In this document: in pieces, positions 13,686-25,971 of the stretch
Layout of the letters: each line of letters opens with the position of its first letter
Numbering within the stretch: the stretch's first letter is position 1
Origin: Lepidodermella squamata
Taxonomy: Eukaryota; Animalia; Gastrotricha
Assembly (NCBI GenBank): GCA_047495785.1
Contig: JBLDXI010000001.1
Coordinates: 1,550,001-1,614,000 of the forward strand
Direction of reading: 5' to 3'
Length of the DNA stretch: 64,000 bases
Made by a program: the position numbers and the translations under genes
The notes under the pieces: model-generated
What the model saw: only the letters and a program-made list of their open reading frames with translations
What the model was told of the DNA's origin: nothing
The model's database searches: none

Positions 13686-14986
13686 TGTAACACTAACACT
13701 TGTAATATTGCACTTTCTTCCTCACTCGGTTTAGGCCGCGATAATCAACAACTTCGCGTAAAGTCACATTTTTTTTGTTCACGAACATCGCGAGAGCAAA
13801 CGTACCTTGGTCAGTCATCGGTTCAACGATCATACCTTGAATAACAAAAAGCTCAACTTAATAACAATCATCATCTTCAATTTTATTGCGATAATCACTT
13901 AGCTTTTTCACGTTGATATTGATATTGTTAAAAATTCGAATTGGCTTTCGACGGCCAGACGCGTTCGGGCATCGAGCGCACAAGTGATCATCAGAGCCAC
14001 AGTAGAAACAAAGACCCAGAAGCCGGCGTCTTTCCTTTTCCGCGTTGCTTAGATGCGCCCTAGCAACTCTGCCGATCTCCATCGGAGCAGGTTCAGGGTC
14101 GCTGGTCTTCATTGCAGTTGAAACTTGATTCGCCGAAGGTTCCATTTTAGAAGCGTGGTAAGAAATTGCTGATTGACGATTCGGTTCACGTTGCTTTTCG
14201 GCACGCCGCTCGGACAGCCTGATATCGATTCGATTGGCCTGGTCGGTCAACGCCTTCAGAGTAGTGCATGGTTCGCTGTAAGCCAAAACATCCTTAATTT
14301 CGTCATTCAAACCAAGTCGAAAATGGTGACGCAAAGCCGCATCATTAAAATCCAGATCCGCGCAAATTTGATTGAATTCGGATGCGTAGACCGACACTGG
14401 TCGATTGCCTTGAGCCAGTTTCTCCAACCGATACAGAGCCGTAGCCTTTCGATCGGGATCATCAAAGGCCGCGGCAAAACGAATTTTGAAGGTTTCCCAA
14501 ACATTCAGAAAATCTTCTTTCTTCTCGATGAGCGGCGCAGCCCAGTCGCGAGCCGGTCCAGATAGAAGTGACAAAACCAGGCCGACACACAGCGGTTCAG
14601 TTGAGTAAATAGTCCGATTCATTTTCAGATAGAGTTCGCACTGGTTTATGAAGCTTCGAAATGATTTTCGGTCGCCGTCGTAAGCCGCTGGCCGCTCATT
14701 GAACTTCACAGTTAGAGCCGCAAGTTGGTTGGCGAGAGCTTCGTCTTGCTGCTCGGTCGTAAGTGGAGGCGCTGCCATTGCACACCTATGTTGAGTAGGG
14801 CCAAAGACAATGAATTGATTCTGGTTATTTTGTAAGCAAAACAATAACGCTCTTGGGCAAAATTGATGTTTCTTCATAGAAAATAACCGGAATAAGGAGC
14901 CATGGTAGAAACACGTGTTTATAACACCAGTGATTACGATCACGATAGCGAGAACAATATCAAATATTACAAGTGTTACTGGTACA
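13686..14986 (-). mobile_element. 1.3-kb element with 24-bp TGT...ACA inverted termini carrying a Ty3/gypsy gag and a short RT remnant
   Basis: 13686-13709 (tgtaacactaacacttgtaatatt) matches the reverse complement of 14963-14986 at 22/24 positions. Flanks are cctag and cttag, a probable 5-bp TSD with one mismatch. No LTR direct repeats seen. Confidence 0.7.
13858..14778 (-). CDS. Ty3/gypsy (PEG10/sushi-ichi-like) Gag, 306 aa: capsid domain plus CCHC zinc knuckle
   Basis: Motifs PAAYDGDRKSFRSFINQC, LLSGPARDWA, LAQGNRPVSVYASEF, FRLGLNDEIKD, PAPMEIG, ERRRLLGLCFYCGSDDHLCARC. After the TAA the same frame gives FVNKKNVTLREVVDYRGLNRV, an RT N-terminal motif (about 13693-13857). Confidence 0.9.
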   Translation of the reverse strand: MAAPPLTTEQQDEALANQLAALTVKFNERPAAYDGDRKSFRSFINQCELYLKMNRTIYSTEPLCVGLVLSLLSGPARDWAAPLIEKKEDFLNVWETFKIRFAAAFDDPDRKATALYRLEKLAQGNRPVSVYASEFNQICADLDFNDAALRHHFRLGLNDEIKDVLAYSEPCTTLKALTDQANRIDIRLSERRAEKQREPNRQSAISYHASKMEPSANQVSTAMKTSDPEPAPMEIGRVARAHLSNAEKERRRLLGLCFYCGSDDHLCARCPNASGRRKPIRIFNNININVKKLSDYRNKIEDDDCY

Positions 14987-15725
14987 CTTAGCTACTCATT
15001 CGAAAGTGAAACAAATCCGGACTAATTCTGCCTACTGCGTAGATAAAGTACCGAAATTTTCATAACACAAAACGTCAGGTTACCTTCGGTACTATTGCTA
15101 GGGTATGTTCTATTCGCTAGAAAATGTTGAGTTTCTTCGGTGATGAAAAGTCTGAAAGGAAAGGGTGATCAATGCTTTCAAATCTCATACATTGTCCATG
15201 AATTTGGTACGGTGTGATTTTTCGTCGCAAGAAATACTTTCTACCGTTTGCTTGCCCTCATTAAGCGTAAACAAAATTTCGATTAGGAAGAGTGCCACGT
15301 CGTGGACGCAACTCTCCGGTACACGCGGCGTGTCCCATCCACACTTCACGCTTTCGGACACTGAAAAATCGACGCTCGTTTCGGAGAGCAACCTTGAAAA
15401 CCCATGCGGCTACAAAGGTAAATATTGCATTAAAATTTGGATTTAGTATAAACATTGTAAGTTATTATTGATAATTTATAATAAATCTAACAATAAAAAA
15501 ATTTTGAATATACTTTTGGCGCTAAGCAATCCAAGGCGACGCTTGCGTCTTGCTCCCATCGCTAGTGGCCGATTCGTTGGTGAGAGTTCATGTTTGTAGC
15601 TCCATACATATCTGATAGCCTTGCATGATACTTGTTTGCGGTGTTTGCTATTTCCTGTGATGTTGCCTTTGCATATTTTTTTTCTTATATTATGATCTGC
15701 TTGCGTGTTAGGTTTTTCCTTGCCC

Positions 15726-18700
15726 ATGGACAAATTTAAAGTGGAGCAGACAGCAACAGAAGAACGTAAACCTGGAAGCAATGGGGGAACGAACGGTAAT
15801 TCATCGCGGGAAGAAGGAGGAATGGCGAATGAGTCAGATTTGCTTCAGTCTGAACTATCGCCCTCTGGTAATCAGCAAAATGTTGTCGCCGTTAATGTTA
15901 ACAACATGATCGATAACACCGAATATCGGACACCCATGAGTGAACCTCCAACCTACCAAATGCTGAACGGTCGCCTCAGTCCAGTTCAGTCTGTATTCAG
16001 TCCTCAGCCTGCTGTAAACACTAATGCCCCTCCGAGTGACATTACAAACCAAGCTGGAAACTATGCAACTCTCGCCCCTATCCAATCTCTACCACCCATA
16101 TCGGCTATGACTGATAAGTTTAATAGTCACTCGCAGTCCAATGCCAATGGACATCAATCTGGGCAGTCTTCTGCGCAATCGTCTTCAGCCCCTCAACCTC
16201 CTCAGTTTAATTTAGTTCAAAATGGTCCAACTCCCCAACAATTGGCTGCTTATGCTGGCTATGACGCGTCAAAGCTTGCATCCCTTCCACCTGGGATGGT
16301 TGCAATGTCTCCTATGGCCGTTGCGATGCAAAACGGGTACAATTCACAAACATTCGCTCCCCCAGCTTATCGATACGCCACCCAACTCACTCAGAATGGT
16401 ATGCCGGCTGCCGCTGCTGCAGCAGCAGCCGCTCAGGCAATGGCTGTCGTCGGCAAAATAGATGCAAATAAGTTTACTCAACAGTCTTATGAAGCCTACT
16501 CTGCCTCCGTTGCGCACCAGCTGCAATCACAGGCGCCTCCAACCTCTCAATCCGCTGGCTCTTCGCAGCAGCAGTCTTCGAATATCCACGTACAACAATC
16601 AGTTTCTTCTTCTATGAATGGGCTGCATTCTGGGTCGATGCAATTACATCCTAGTGCCTTGCAGTCTCCATCTCAGACAGGAGGGTCAGCGCAGACGGGA
16701 TCTAGTGGTGGCCATGTCGAATCAAGATCTTCTAAGGTAGGCTTCGATGTTTTTTGTGGAATTTCTGTTATGACATTTTTATTTCATCTTTTTTAGTTAT
16801 CTCAACATCACCATCAACAATCGTCAGCATCTGCTCCAAATGAAATGGAGGAAATTAATACTAAAGAGTTGGCACAACGTATTAGCAGCGAGCTGAAACG
16901 GTACAGCATACCGCAAGCTGTTTTCGCCCAAAGAGTTCTCTGTCGGAGCCAGGGTACACTATCAGATTTACTTCGTAATCCCAAGCCTTGGTCAAAACTA
17001 AAGAGCGGCCGTGAAACCTTTCGTCGCATGTGGAAGTGGTTGCAGGAGCCGGAGTTTCAGCGCATGTCATCGCTACGATTAGCTGGTAAGCTTTATTTTA
17101 TACATAACTGACCCGTTGGGATTTAGGGTGTCATTTGCAAACAGATTTGAGAATATTGAAAATCAATTTCAGCGGTCAAGTCTTATCAATGAAGTTGTAA
17201 TTATAAGACTATAGATTAATCGAATTTAGCGGCATCGGCGTTCATAATTGCGGTTTGTGAGCTTCGATCAATCGGAAAGCTTATTTATGCGCGATCGTTA
17301 CTCATGAATGGAAATCTTAGAGCCACAAAAGTTGATAAAAATAGAGAGCGGCGCGCACAAGAATTCGCGTAATTTTATTGATGGATTGGAATCAATTTTT
17401 TCGATTTTCATTTTGCGGGTGAGTGGCCTGTGCTACACGCGCAATGTATATACTACTTGCAAGTTTGCCGATGAGCGGCGGCGAGTTAGCAGAGTTTTTG
17501 TCGATAATTTTCTGCTCAATGCTCAGACGACACCCCGGCACACACGCACATATGTACATATGTGCATATTGTAAAATTTTCCCACCCTTGTCGATAAGAC
17601 GCTGCTCTGTTGCTCCAAAGCCCAGCAGCAACTCGCCCGGGGTCGATAGATTTTGAGGTTTCGCCAGCTGTGTCTATATAAAAATGAATGAATGACTGAC
17701 TAAAGAACATAGAGAACAATTCTGCGCCGATCGTTGAGGTCTGATCGAACGGTACTCGTATACTCAGTATTACATTTTATCAGCGTTTTATAAATTGAAA
17801 TTCGCTTTTATTTCACTTATTATTTTTTGCTGCGGCCGACAAATTTAACATAAGTAAGTCATATTTATTTTCTTGTAGGCAGGTGGTGTTATTTATCCAT
17901 GATGTAGGATTTACAGTTTATTTATTAGAGAGGGGCATTGTGCCGTCAGCTCGGTTCTGATTGATACTGTTAGGCACAAGGGCAGCTGTCTCTCAATGCC
18001 ACTTTGGCGTGTAGTCCCGCGTTCGCTCGCAGTTGATGTGACGTAGTTTTGGAAGGGTAACAGTAACAGACGTGGGCAGAAGGTGCTCGTGAACTCGCGC
18101 GTCCATATGCTGGCCACGTGTCGCATTACGCAGGCGCGTTTGTTGGGCGTCGACGGGCGGGTGCGGCTTCAAACAGCAATTATGATTAGCGCTCTTTCCC
18201 AGCGCGCACACACACGCACAAGCACAAGCGAAGCCTTCATTTATCGCCCGCGTTGTTATGATAATTCAAGTAACAGATGTCACGCCGTTTATATCACCAC
18301 AGATGAACAGGCGCTTCGTTTTTCGAGGCTTATCGAGTGGCAGAAATCGTCATTTCACAAGGCAAAAGACAATAATAATGGATTGGAAAAAAATTAAGGC
18401 GTATTTTCAAGTCTTTTTTCAGTCGAATTTTTCTGCTCAACTCCGATTTCATTCGCCGTCAGGCCTTTCTGCTTATTATAATTATCATCGTCATCATATC
18501 ACTTGCCGCTTCTTTGGCGGATTTGATTTCGCGCTTGCGATGAGTGATTGTAAATCGGCCGCAGGAGTAGGGTGTTGTAGGTCTACATCGGTCTTCATCA
18601 GTTTCGTTCGTACGTGCCCGCCCGAGTATATACCACACAGCATTCGTTGTCATCACTATTCGCCCTTGTCGTCTTTCGCTTGTATGCAGCGAGCAATGTG

Positions 18701-21146
18701 TTTGTAGACCATGTATAAAATAACGCGCGCGCGCTGCTAGTCCTCGAAATATTATAAAATATAAAATACGCTGCATGTGTATGTATACGCGCGCGTTTTA
18801 GAGCCTGCTTATCGATCGATATTTTATATATATTCTCGCCGCTCGCGCGTCTCGTCTGTACATATGACGGCAAGCGGAGGCAGCAGCAGCAGCTCGCTTG
18901 TTCGCTCCTATATATCACTAGTTGAGGCCCGAAGGCCTCATGTCGCTGTCGCCGTCGTCATCATCATCGTTTTCGCTCGTCATATACACGTACGAACACT
19001 CAGTTTTACTACAACTGTGAAATAGGGGGTGGCTCGTCGTATGTGTGTTTGTTGTTTCTACATTATTATTATTATTTGCATGTGGGCTTCGCTCGCTCGT
19101 CAGGAAAAGCCTGCTTGCTTGCCTGCTCTCGATATGCTATTACTATTATTAGTATTAGTATTATAAAATTTTATGCTCTCAAGTCTTTCGCGATATACAC
19201 GATGATGACGACGACGACGATGGCTATAAAATAGAGTATAAGCGCGGAAAGAGAGATGGCTGATTGGTTTGAAGCTGTTTGTTCACTCGCTGGCTTGCTT
19301 CAAGCTTTCACAGCGACGGCTAGAAAGGAGGCAAGAAAATCCCCAACGGATAGAAAATATATTACACTACGTGATATTATATAAAATATATGAAATATCT
19401 TAATAATAATAATAATAATAATAATAATCAAATGTAGTAGCGACTGACAAGAAGATCCTAGAAGAAAGCGCAAGATACGGATGATTAAAGCAGCGGCGAG
19501 GCTTCAGCCATCCGCCTGCCTGCTTGCCTGTCCGTCCGTCATTTCGCGGTGACAGCTTAAAATTTTGCTGGCACCGCCCGAAGCAATAATTGACTCGAGA
19601 TTTTAGCTGCAGCAGCAGCGGCGTACATCATGTTGTCATCTTTCAGCCGGCTTTATTTTTCGGCGCGCCCGCCTTGAAGCCTACGCTCGTCCAATCTTTC
19701 TCGACAGTGGCGTTGTTTTTGCTGCGCGAAAGCGGGCGGCATCCGTCATAAAAGTTGCATGTGTTGTTATTACTGCAGGAGCAACAGTTTTAACAATAGC
19801 AATAATAAATATAGCCGCGATGATTGGTGGTAGCAATAATGGAAATAATTCACACAAGCAGCAGGCGTTGAAAGGAAAATTCTACCTATTAAAAATTAAT
19901 TTATCTCTAACAAAGCAGGTTATCAATTTTTCATGCACATCGACGCAGTTTGCAAAACACGCACTGGCCGACGAAAAGCAAAAATTACGAGAAAAAAAAT
20001 TACGTGGTGACTAAAATTGGGAAAAAGGTACTTTGAAAAGTATAGGAAATTTTATTGAATGCGAAGAGGGTTTCTATAACTTTTTGTTCTTGTTCGTTCG
20101 AAATTTATTGATATTCATTAATGTGTGCGCTTTGCCACGCCCGTTTGTGTCGTCTAAAACGAACCGGGGCGAGCGAGCGAGTGAGGGAAAAACGGATCGA
20201 AATCTGCGGCGCGCGAGTGTGCGACCACAACATTGATTTCCCATAACTAATCATCGTCTCAGGATGGTCTCCTCTCCTGATATGTAATGTACGCGAGCAC
20301 GACGACGACGACGAATATCGACGAATTATTTCTCGCTCGCTTGCGTGTGTATATGTGTTGAGTATAAGCTGTTTCAAAAAACTATAAAAGTAATGACATC
20401 AGGACGCGCGCATGCCGCGAAAAAGTCGATTGTCCAACAGGTGGTTTCATTCATTCATCACTTCAAGCCGGAGCGTAGTGCGTTGATTGATTGATCCGAT
20501 AGCTCATTGATCGCGAAATACTAAATTGCCGAGTGTGCTACACATATCAAATCTACCATTCGAAAACAGAATCCATCAATATCCTATCGATTTGTTTTAC
20601 AGCATGTCGCCGGAAAGAAGAAGAGCAAATAAAGGAACAAGTCGTGCAGGTCCAACAGCAAGTTCAGCAACAAATGACCGTTGTCTCGCCGCCTGTTGTC
20701 GCGCCACCTCAAACTTCGGTTAGCGTATCAGCTAATGGAGGGCCTAGCAGTGTTAGCATGAGCGGCGTCAGTGGCGGTGGGGTCGACTCGAAGAACGCGA
20801 AAAAGCGTCGCCTCGTTTTCACCGATATTCAACGCCGAACTCTATACGCTATTTTTAAGGTGGGATTTTTCGAAATTTTGAGCCTGGTTTTTTCATGTTT
20901 TATTCGCTGTTTTAGGAAACTAAACGGCCTAGTAAAGAAATGCAAACAGCGATCTCGCAGCAACTTGGCCTCGACGTATCGACCGTGGCGAATTTTTTCA
21001 TGAATGCGAGACGGCGGTCGTTAGACAAGTGGAAGGACGAAAATGGCAACGACAATCGAACCTCGGCAGGCGGTGGGGCGGGGTCTTCTGCTAGCAGTGC
21101 AAGCAGCGGCCATCACACTCGCGGAACGACTTCGAGTATGGACTAG
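15726..21146 (+). CDS. ONECUT: ONECUT (HNF6-family) CUT-homeodomain transcription factor
   Basis: Exons 15726-16736, 16797-17085, 20603-20859, 20916-21146. CUT domain EEINTKELAQRISSELKRYSIPQAVFAQRVLCRSQGTLSDLLRNPKPWSKLKSGRETFRRMWKWL. Homeodomain KKRRLVFTDIQRRTL...VANFFMNARRR carries the diagnostic F48/M50. Start codon is less certain. Confidence 0.95.
19401..19427. repeat. (TAA)9 microsatellite in ONECUT intron 2
   Basis: Direct reading of the sequence. Confidence 0.9.
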
Positions 21147-23966
21147 TCCTAATCAGCATTCATCAAAATATATTGTGCAAAAACCTAAATACTATATAGA
21201 TGACTTTGTTGTTGACTTAATTGATATCGTTGAAAATTTCCGAGAAGGTTCAACCAGCGGGCGTCTGTGATAATCTCATACTATACTTCAGTTCGCGAAT
21301 GAAACAAAACGCCTCCATAGCAGGCCTCGCTGTCGTTTGTTGATGTGAATGAGCGATTTTTCGGATTAAAATATCGTTGAGCGAAGCCGATTGATACGAT
21401 TTTATGATAATGACAATACACAAATTTCCTCGATTTTTTTCTCTTCTTTCGCTGTTGTCTAGTCTCTTTCTTTTACTCATCATCATCTTCGTTCATAATT
21501 TTGCGTTACAATATTGCTATGATAATATTTTATCGATTCGTTGTGATAATTCACGGTGTTCACTTCATTTATTTCGATCTGCACACGAATTCGTGTCGAC
21601 TCACCATGGCATTCGAGTCCTACCTTGATACCTACAACAAAGGCAATATCTTGTTACAAAATTATTTGTTATAATTATCGTGTTGTCTGTCGTTCGCGTT
21701 TTGTTGCGGTTCTGATATCATATTATATCATGATCGGCGTTTCTATATTTTCTTTCTCCATGGTTGTTTATTTTATCTCTTCTGGTCAATGTACAAATTT
21801 ATTTGAAATTTTACGAGCTTTTGAACCTGCGCGCTAGTCAAGGCCGGGCTGATCTTCGAGTGCAATCTAGTCAAGCACGATGTACATAGAATATAAATTA
21901 TTATTCTGAACAAAAATGTCGAAAATACTATCCTAGTCTGATGAATTTCTTCGTGACGGCTCATTTTCTCTGTGTTTTGGACGATTGAGCCTCCTCTACA
22001 AAATGATCTCGCTTTTTTCAAAAAGAAAATTATCGTTTTTTATTATATCTACCCATTCCGTATGAAATGAATGAAGTATATTTATTTGTGTTGTGTTATC
22101 CTTTGTGGATCTGGTCTGTGCAATTTTTTTAACACGAAAAAATATAATTATTAATAAAAATAATAATTTAATGATAGACAAGAGTTGGAAAATCGTTTTG
22201 CTTGATCGATCGAAGTTGATCAATTTTCCACAACCAACCAATGATTTGAGCGTTCAGTTGTTTATTTGAATAAAAAAATTCAACGCCATGTCATCAAAAC
22301 GCGTTTTTATTCCATTTTGAAGAAGTTAAAAAAGAAGAAACAAAACACTGAAGCACTGTACAAGACGCGCTAAATTTGCCTGCTTATCATTATTATCAAT
22401 AATCACTATTTCCTTCGCAAGTCATGAGCTGAGTTAGTTTCCAATGCAAATTTTTTCAGATTTTTCTGCCCTAAGCTTACATGACTAAGGTGGATAGATT
22501 GGTCCACGGTGATGGTAATGAACAGTTCTAGCAGACAGAATAACGGTTACAATAAATGATTGTTTCTTCATAATAATTGATAATCGATACGGTAATTAAC
22601 AAACAGGTACAAGGTGCGTTCAATCGATTCGTACAAGTCAGCAGGCGCGCGACATTGTCGACCACTTCAATTTTCTTGAACAGTTATTTAGATCGAAATC
22701 GAGCGTGGCGGCTTTGTCTTCATCACCTATATCGGTCGTTGCAAGCAAATAGAGAAAACAATAGCACAAATAAATTCATGTTCAAAAATTTCAAAATTGG
22801 GAAAGCACAATGAGTACTAATAATGCTGCTCGATTTCTCGTCAAATTCGTGTATTATTCCGAACAAATCGCTGATGATCAGTTTAGCAATGGCTATTATA
22901 CGCATAATAAGGAAGCCCGAGTACATCAGATGATTAAGAAAGCGACTAGTATACACAAAAATTGTGGCCACCTTGAAACAGTAACCGAGGTCTAACCCCG
23001 AGTCGAGTTATCGGAACGATGTGCTACGTATAAACAGGAACCACTGAGCGAATCATACACCGGACTAAGCGTCTGTTGCAAACAATATCGAGATACATGA
23101 AATTCAAATAAAATCAAGCCGGGTATCTTAATATTATTATGTGTTAATTGTTGCAGTCATGTTCTTCAAAAATGAGAAAACGTTCAAATTGAGCCTCAGA
23201 AATCAACCTCGGATAGAAGTCAGCACCCGTGTAAATTTACGATTTGTCAAGGTGGATATATAGCTCAGATTGAAATTGAGCAAGCAAGTGAATAAAATTC
23301 AGCAGGAAATGTGCTCAGATAATAGCAAAAATTTGCAAAATAATCACCGAATATTGACAAAAAAGAGATCCAGAATTTCAAGGAGATATCTTCCCAATAT
23401 AAGGAAAACAAAGTCCACAAACTTTCGACTAGAATACAACCCGCTGAAACATCGGTTATTCGATATAATTTTTCGGTAACAGCTGAGATCAAATATGCTC
23501 TCAATTGCTGTGAATTGCATGATTCAACTCGAAATATCGTAGTTATTCCAATGAAAATGAAAGTTATCAAATATTCTGATGGCTACTGGTATATCAACAT
23601 GGTACGTAATAAGTAGGCTAAAAATCCAGGATTTTCAAGATTTTCTAATTGTAGCAATGGCATCCAGAAAGACGTCATCAAATTTCACATTCAAAAGTTC
23701 ACATTCGTTCATAATACCACAGGCATATCATAACGATGCACTATCGAATTAATTATAGCGCCAGCTGGGCACGGTGGGAAAACCAAGCTTGCTGTGATGT
23801 GGTGGAAGTAGTAGGAGTTGCATGGCCTTAGGTCTTAGAAAAATAACAACAACAATCATTAAAACCTGGAAACTGATGCGGCTGTGAACACTTTATCTAC
23901 ACCATTTTTATTTCAAATGATTGAGTAGTTTTTCCAACCTGCTGCTTGCGCTTTTCGCGCTCGTTT

Positions 23967-25971
23967 TCAGCGACGGCGCGAGGATCCGCTCGATCCGCCA
24001 CCAGCGCCACCCCTGTCGTCATCGTAGTCTCGACCGCGACCGCTCCGCTCTCGGCTGCGACTCCGCGAACGCGAGGATCGGCGGCGGCTGCTGCGGTCCC
24101 GGCTTCTCGAGCGTGATCTGCGACGGCTTTCCCTATTCAAATCAATTCAAAGAATTACAAAAAACCCGCCTTAATCAAAATAACTGACTTTGTGGCGTAG
24201 TATTTTTCCTCAATGCCGCGAAGAGTGTTTTGAAGCGAATCGATCAGCATTTTGCACCGCTCATCGTTAGCCATCTTCGATTGTTTGATCAGCGACAATG
24301 CCGTGACGAGGGTTTCGATGGCACCAGGAAAGTCACCCGCGGCCGCATCTTGGACGGCACGACTGATCGCAGAGCTGCAAATAGTCTTATTACGAGTTAG
24401 AATTTCATCGGCTTCTGCCTCGCTCAGTCCAGATCCGTGTGCTTGTTGTGCTGCCGCAGCTGCAGCGGCTGAAATGGCGGCCATAAACGGGGTTCCGGCT
24501 TGGCCGAACAACGAGGCAAGAGACGCAGGGAGACCAGCCGCCGTTAGATTGGCAGCGTTTGCTGCTGTTGCCGGGGCATTCGCAGCCTGAGAGGCCGCTA
24601 AGGGGTTGACGGATTGAGCTAGAGCAGCAAGAGGGTTGGCACCAGAAGGTGAGTTTTTGGAACCGCTACCTGGCAAAAGACCAGCCGCCGCTAACTGGGC
24701 CTGGAGATTCGCAGTTGCATTCGCGGCGTTACCAGAGTTGCCACTTCCATTGGAATGGGGAGGGCCCTGCGATTGTTGACCGCCACCAGATGGCATGTTT
24801 GGCCGAACTGCTGGAGTTTGACCAGGCCCACCCTGTGAACCAGCACCAGCGTTTTGTCCACCAGGTCCTTGCATCCGGGCAGCCATAAGTGCCGCTTGCA
24901 ACTGCATTTGGTTGTTCGGTCCTCCTGGAGCTCCACCTTGACCTCCCATAGCCGCGATCATTTGAGCGGCAGCTGCAGGTGCTGATTGGAACATTAAGTA
25001 AAAATCGATGCATTTAAACACTAGTCAAACATACTGAATTGACCAGACATCATGGCAGCCATCATAGCGGGATTTGGGGCACCGAAGCCACCCATTTGGT
25101 TCTGACCTCCAGGCATCATTCCAGGCCTCATAGCAGCCATAGCCGCAGCGGCCATCGGATTGAAAGGGCCACCCATCATACCACCTGGGCCGTTTTGTCC
25201 CATAGGACCATCGCCTGATCTGTCACCGCCACGATGATGACCGTTTTCTCCACGGCCAGGCCGGTTGTCATCACGATCGCGGTCTCCACGATCGAAACCA
25301 CGACCGCGACCGAATTTTCCAGGAGGGCCGCCGTCACGACCGTCTTGGTCACCACCTCCGCGTCCCATACCGTCTTCACGCTGACGTCGTTGAGGTTGGT
25401 TTTGACGGGCTTGATTTTCGAATATTTGTAAATTCATTCTGGATGCCATCATTACTTGGGGCTTTTGACCATGGATCTCTTTTGTTGGTAGGCGGTCTAC
25501 AACAGTCCTGGATGAATTTTCCGAACCAACGGTGACGATTCCGTATCCTTTGGATTGACCATTTTGACGGTTTTCATAGATTCGAACATCAAGAAGATCC
25601 TGGATTCCAAACGACGTTATAGCATCGATTAGATCTTGGTCAGTGGTCCACTAAGGAGCAAGTTTATAGATAGCGTTCTCAATTTCAATATCGCGGAACT
25701 TACCCAGGTTAGATTTCCGACAACAAGATTTAAACGTCGACCACCAGCGGGCCCGATGTTATTCACATGAGTTGCGCTGCGAGTTGATGACAAACGCTAC
25801 AAAGACATCCTTAATCTAGGGTTTATTGCAAAATTGACACCATACGTCTGTTTTGTGATCGTTGCTTCCTATGTCATCGTCGAACCTCTCGTCATCGTAG
25901 TGAGTGTCCTGCTGCAAATCATCACCCTCGCCGGTATCACCGTACAAGTCAATATCACCGTCACTTGCCAT
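23967..25971 (-). CDS. CPSF6: Cleavage factor Im large subunit (CPSF6/CPSF7)
   Basis: N-terminus MASDGDIDLYGD. RRM VGNLTW|WTTDQDL...ENRQNGQSKGY. C-terminal LSEAEADEILTRNKTICSSAISRAVQDAAAGDFPGAIETLVTALSLIKQSK. Final RS-rich exon ends in TGA at 23967-23969. Confidence 0.93.

Noticed and set aside
13400-15100. Complete LTR retrotransposon or PEG10-type frameshifted gag-pol
   Set aside because: No direct repeats, protease motif, YxDD or integrase, and no slippery GGGAAAC after the zinc knuckle.
15165-15455. Small ORFs upstream of ONECUT
   Set aside because: No motif or splice support; probably promoter or leader sequence.
17300-20400. Short ORFs inside the ONECUT intron
   Set aside because: They are low-complexity, overlap on both strands and show no domains or coherent exon chain.
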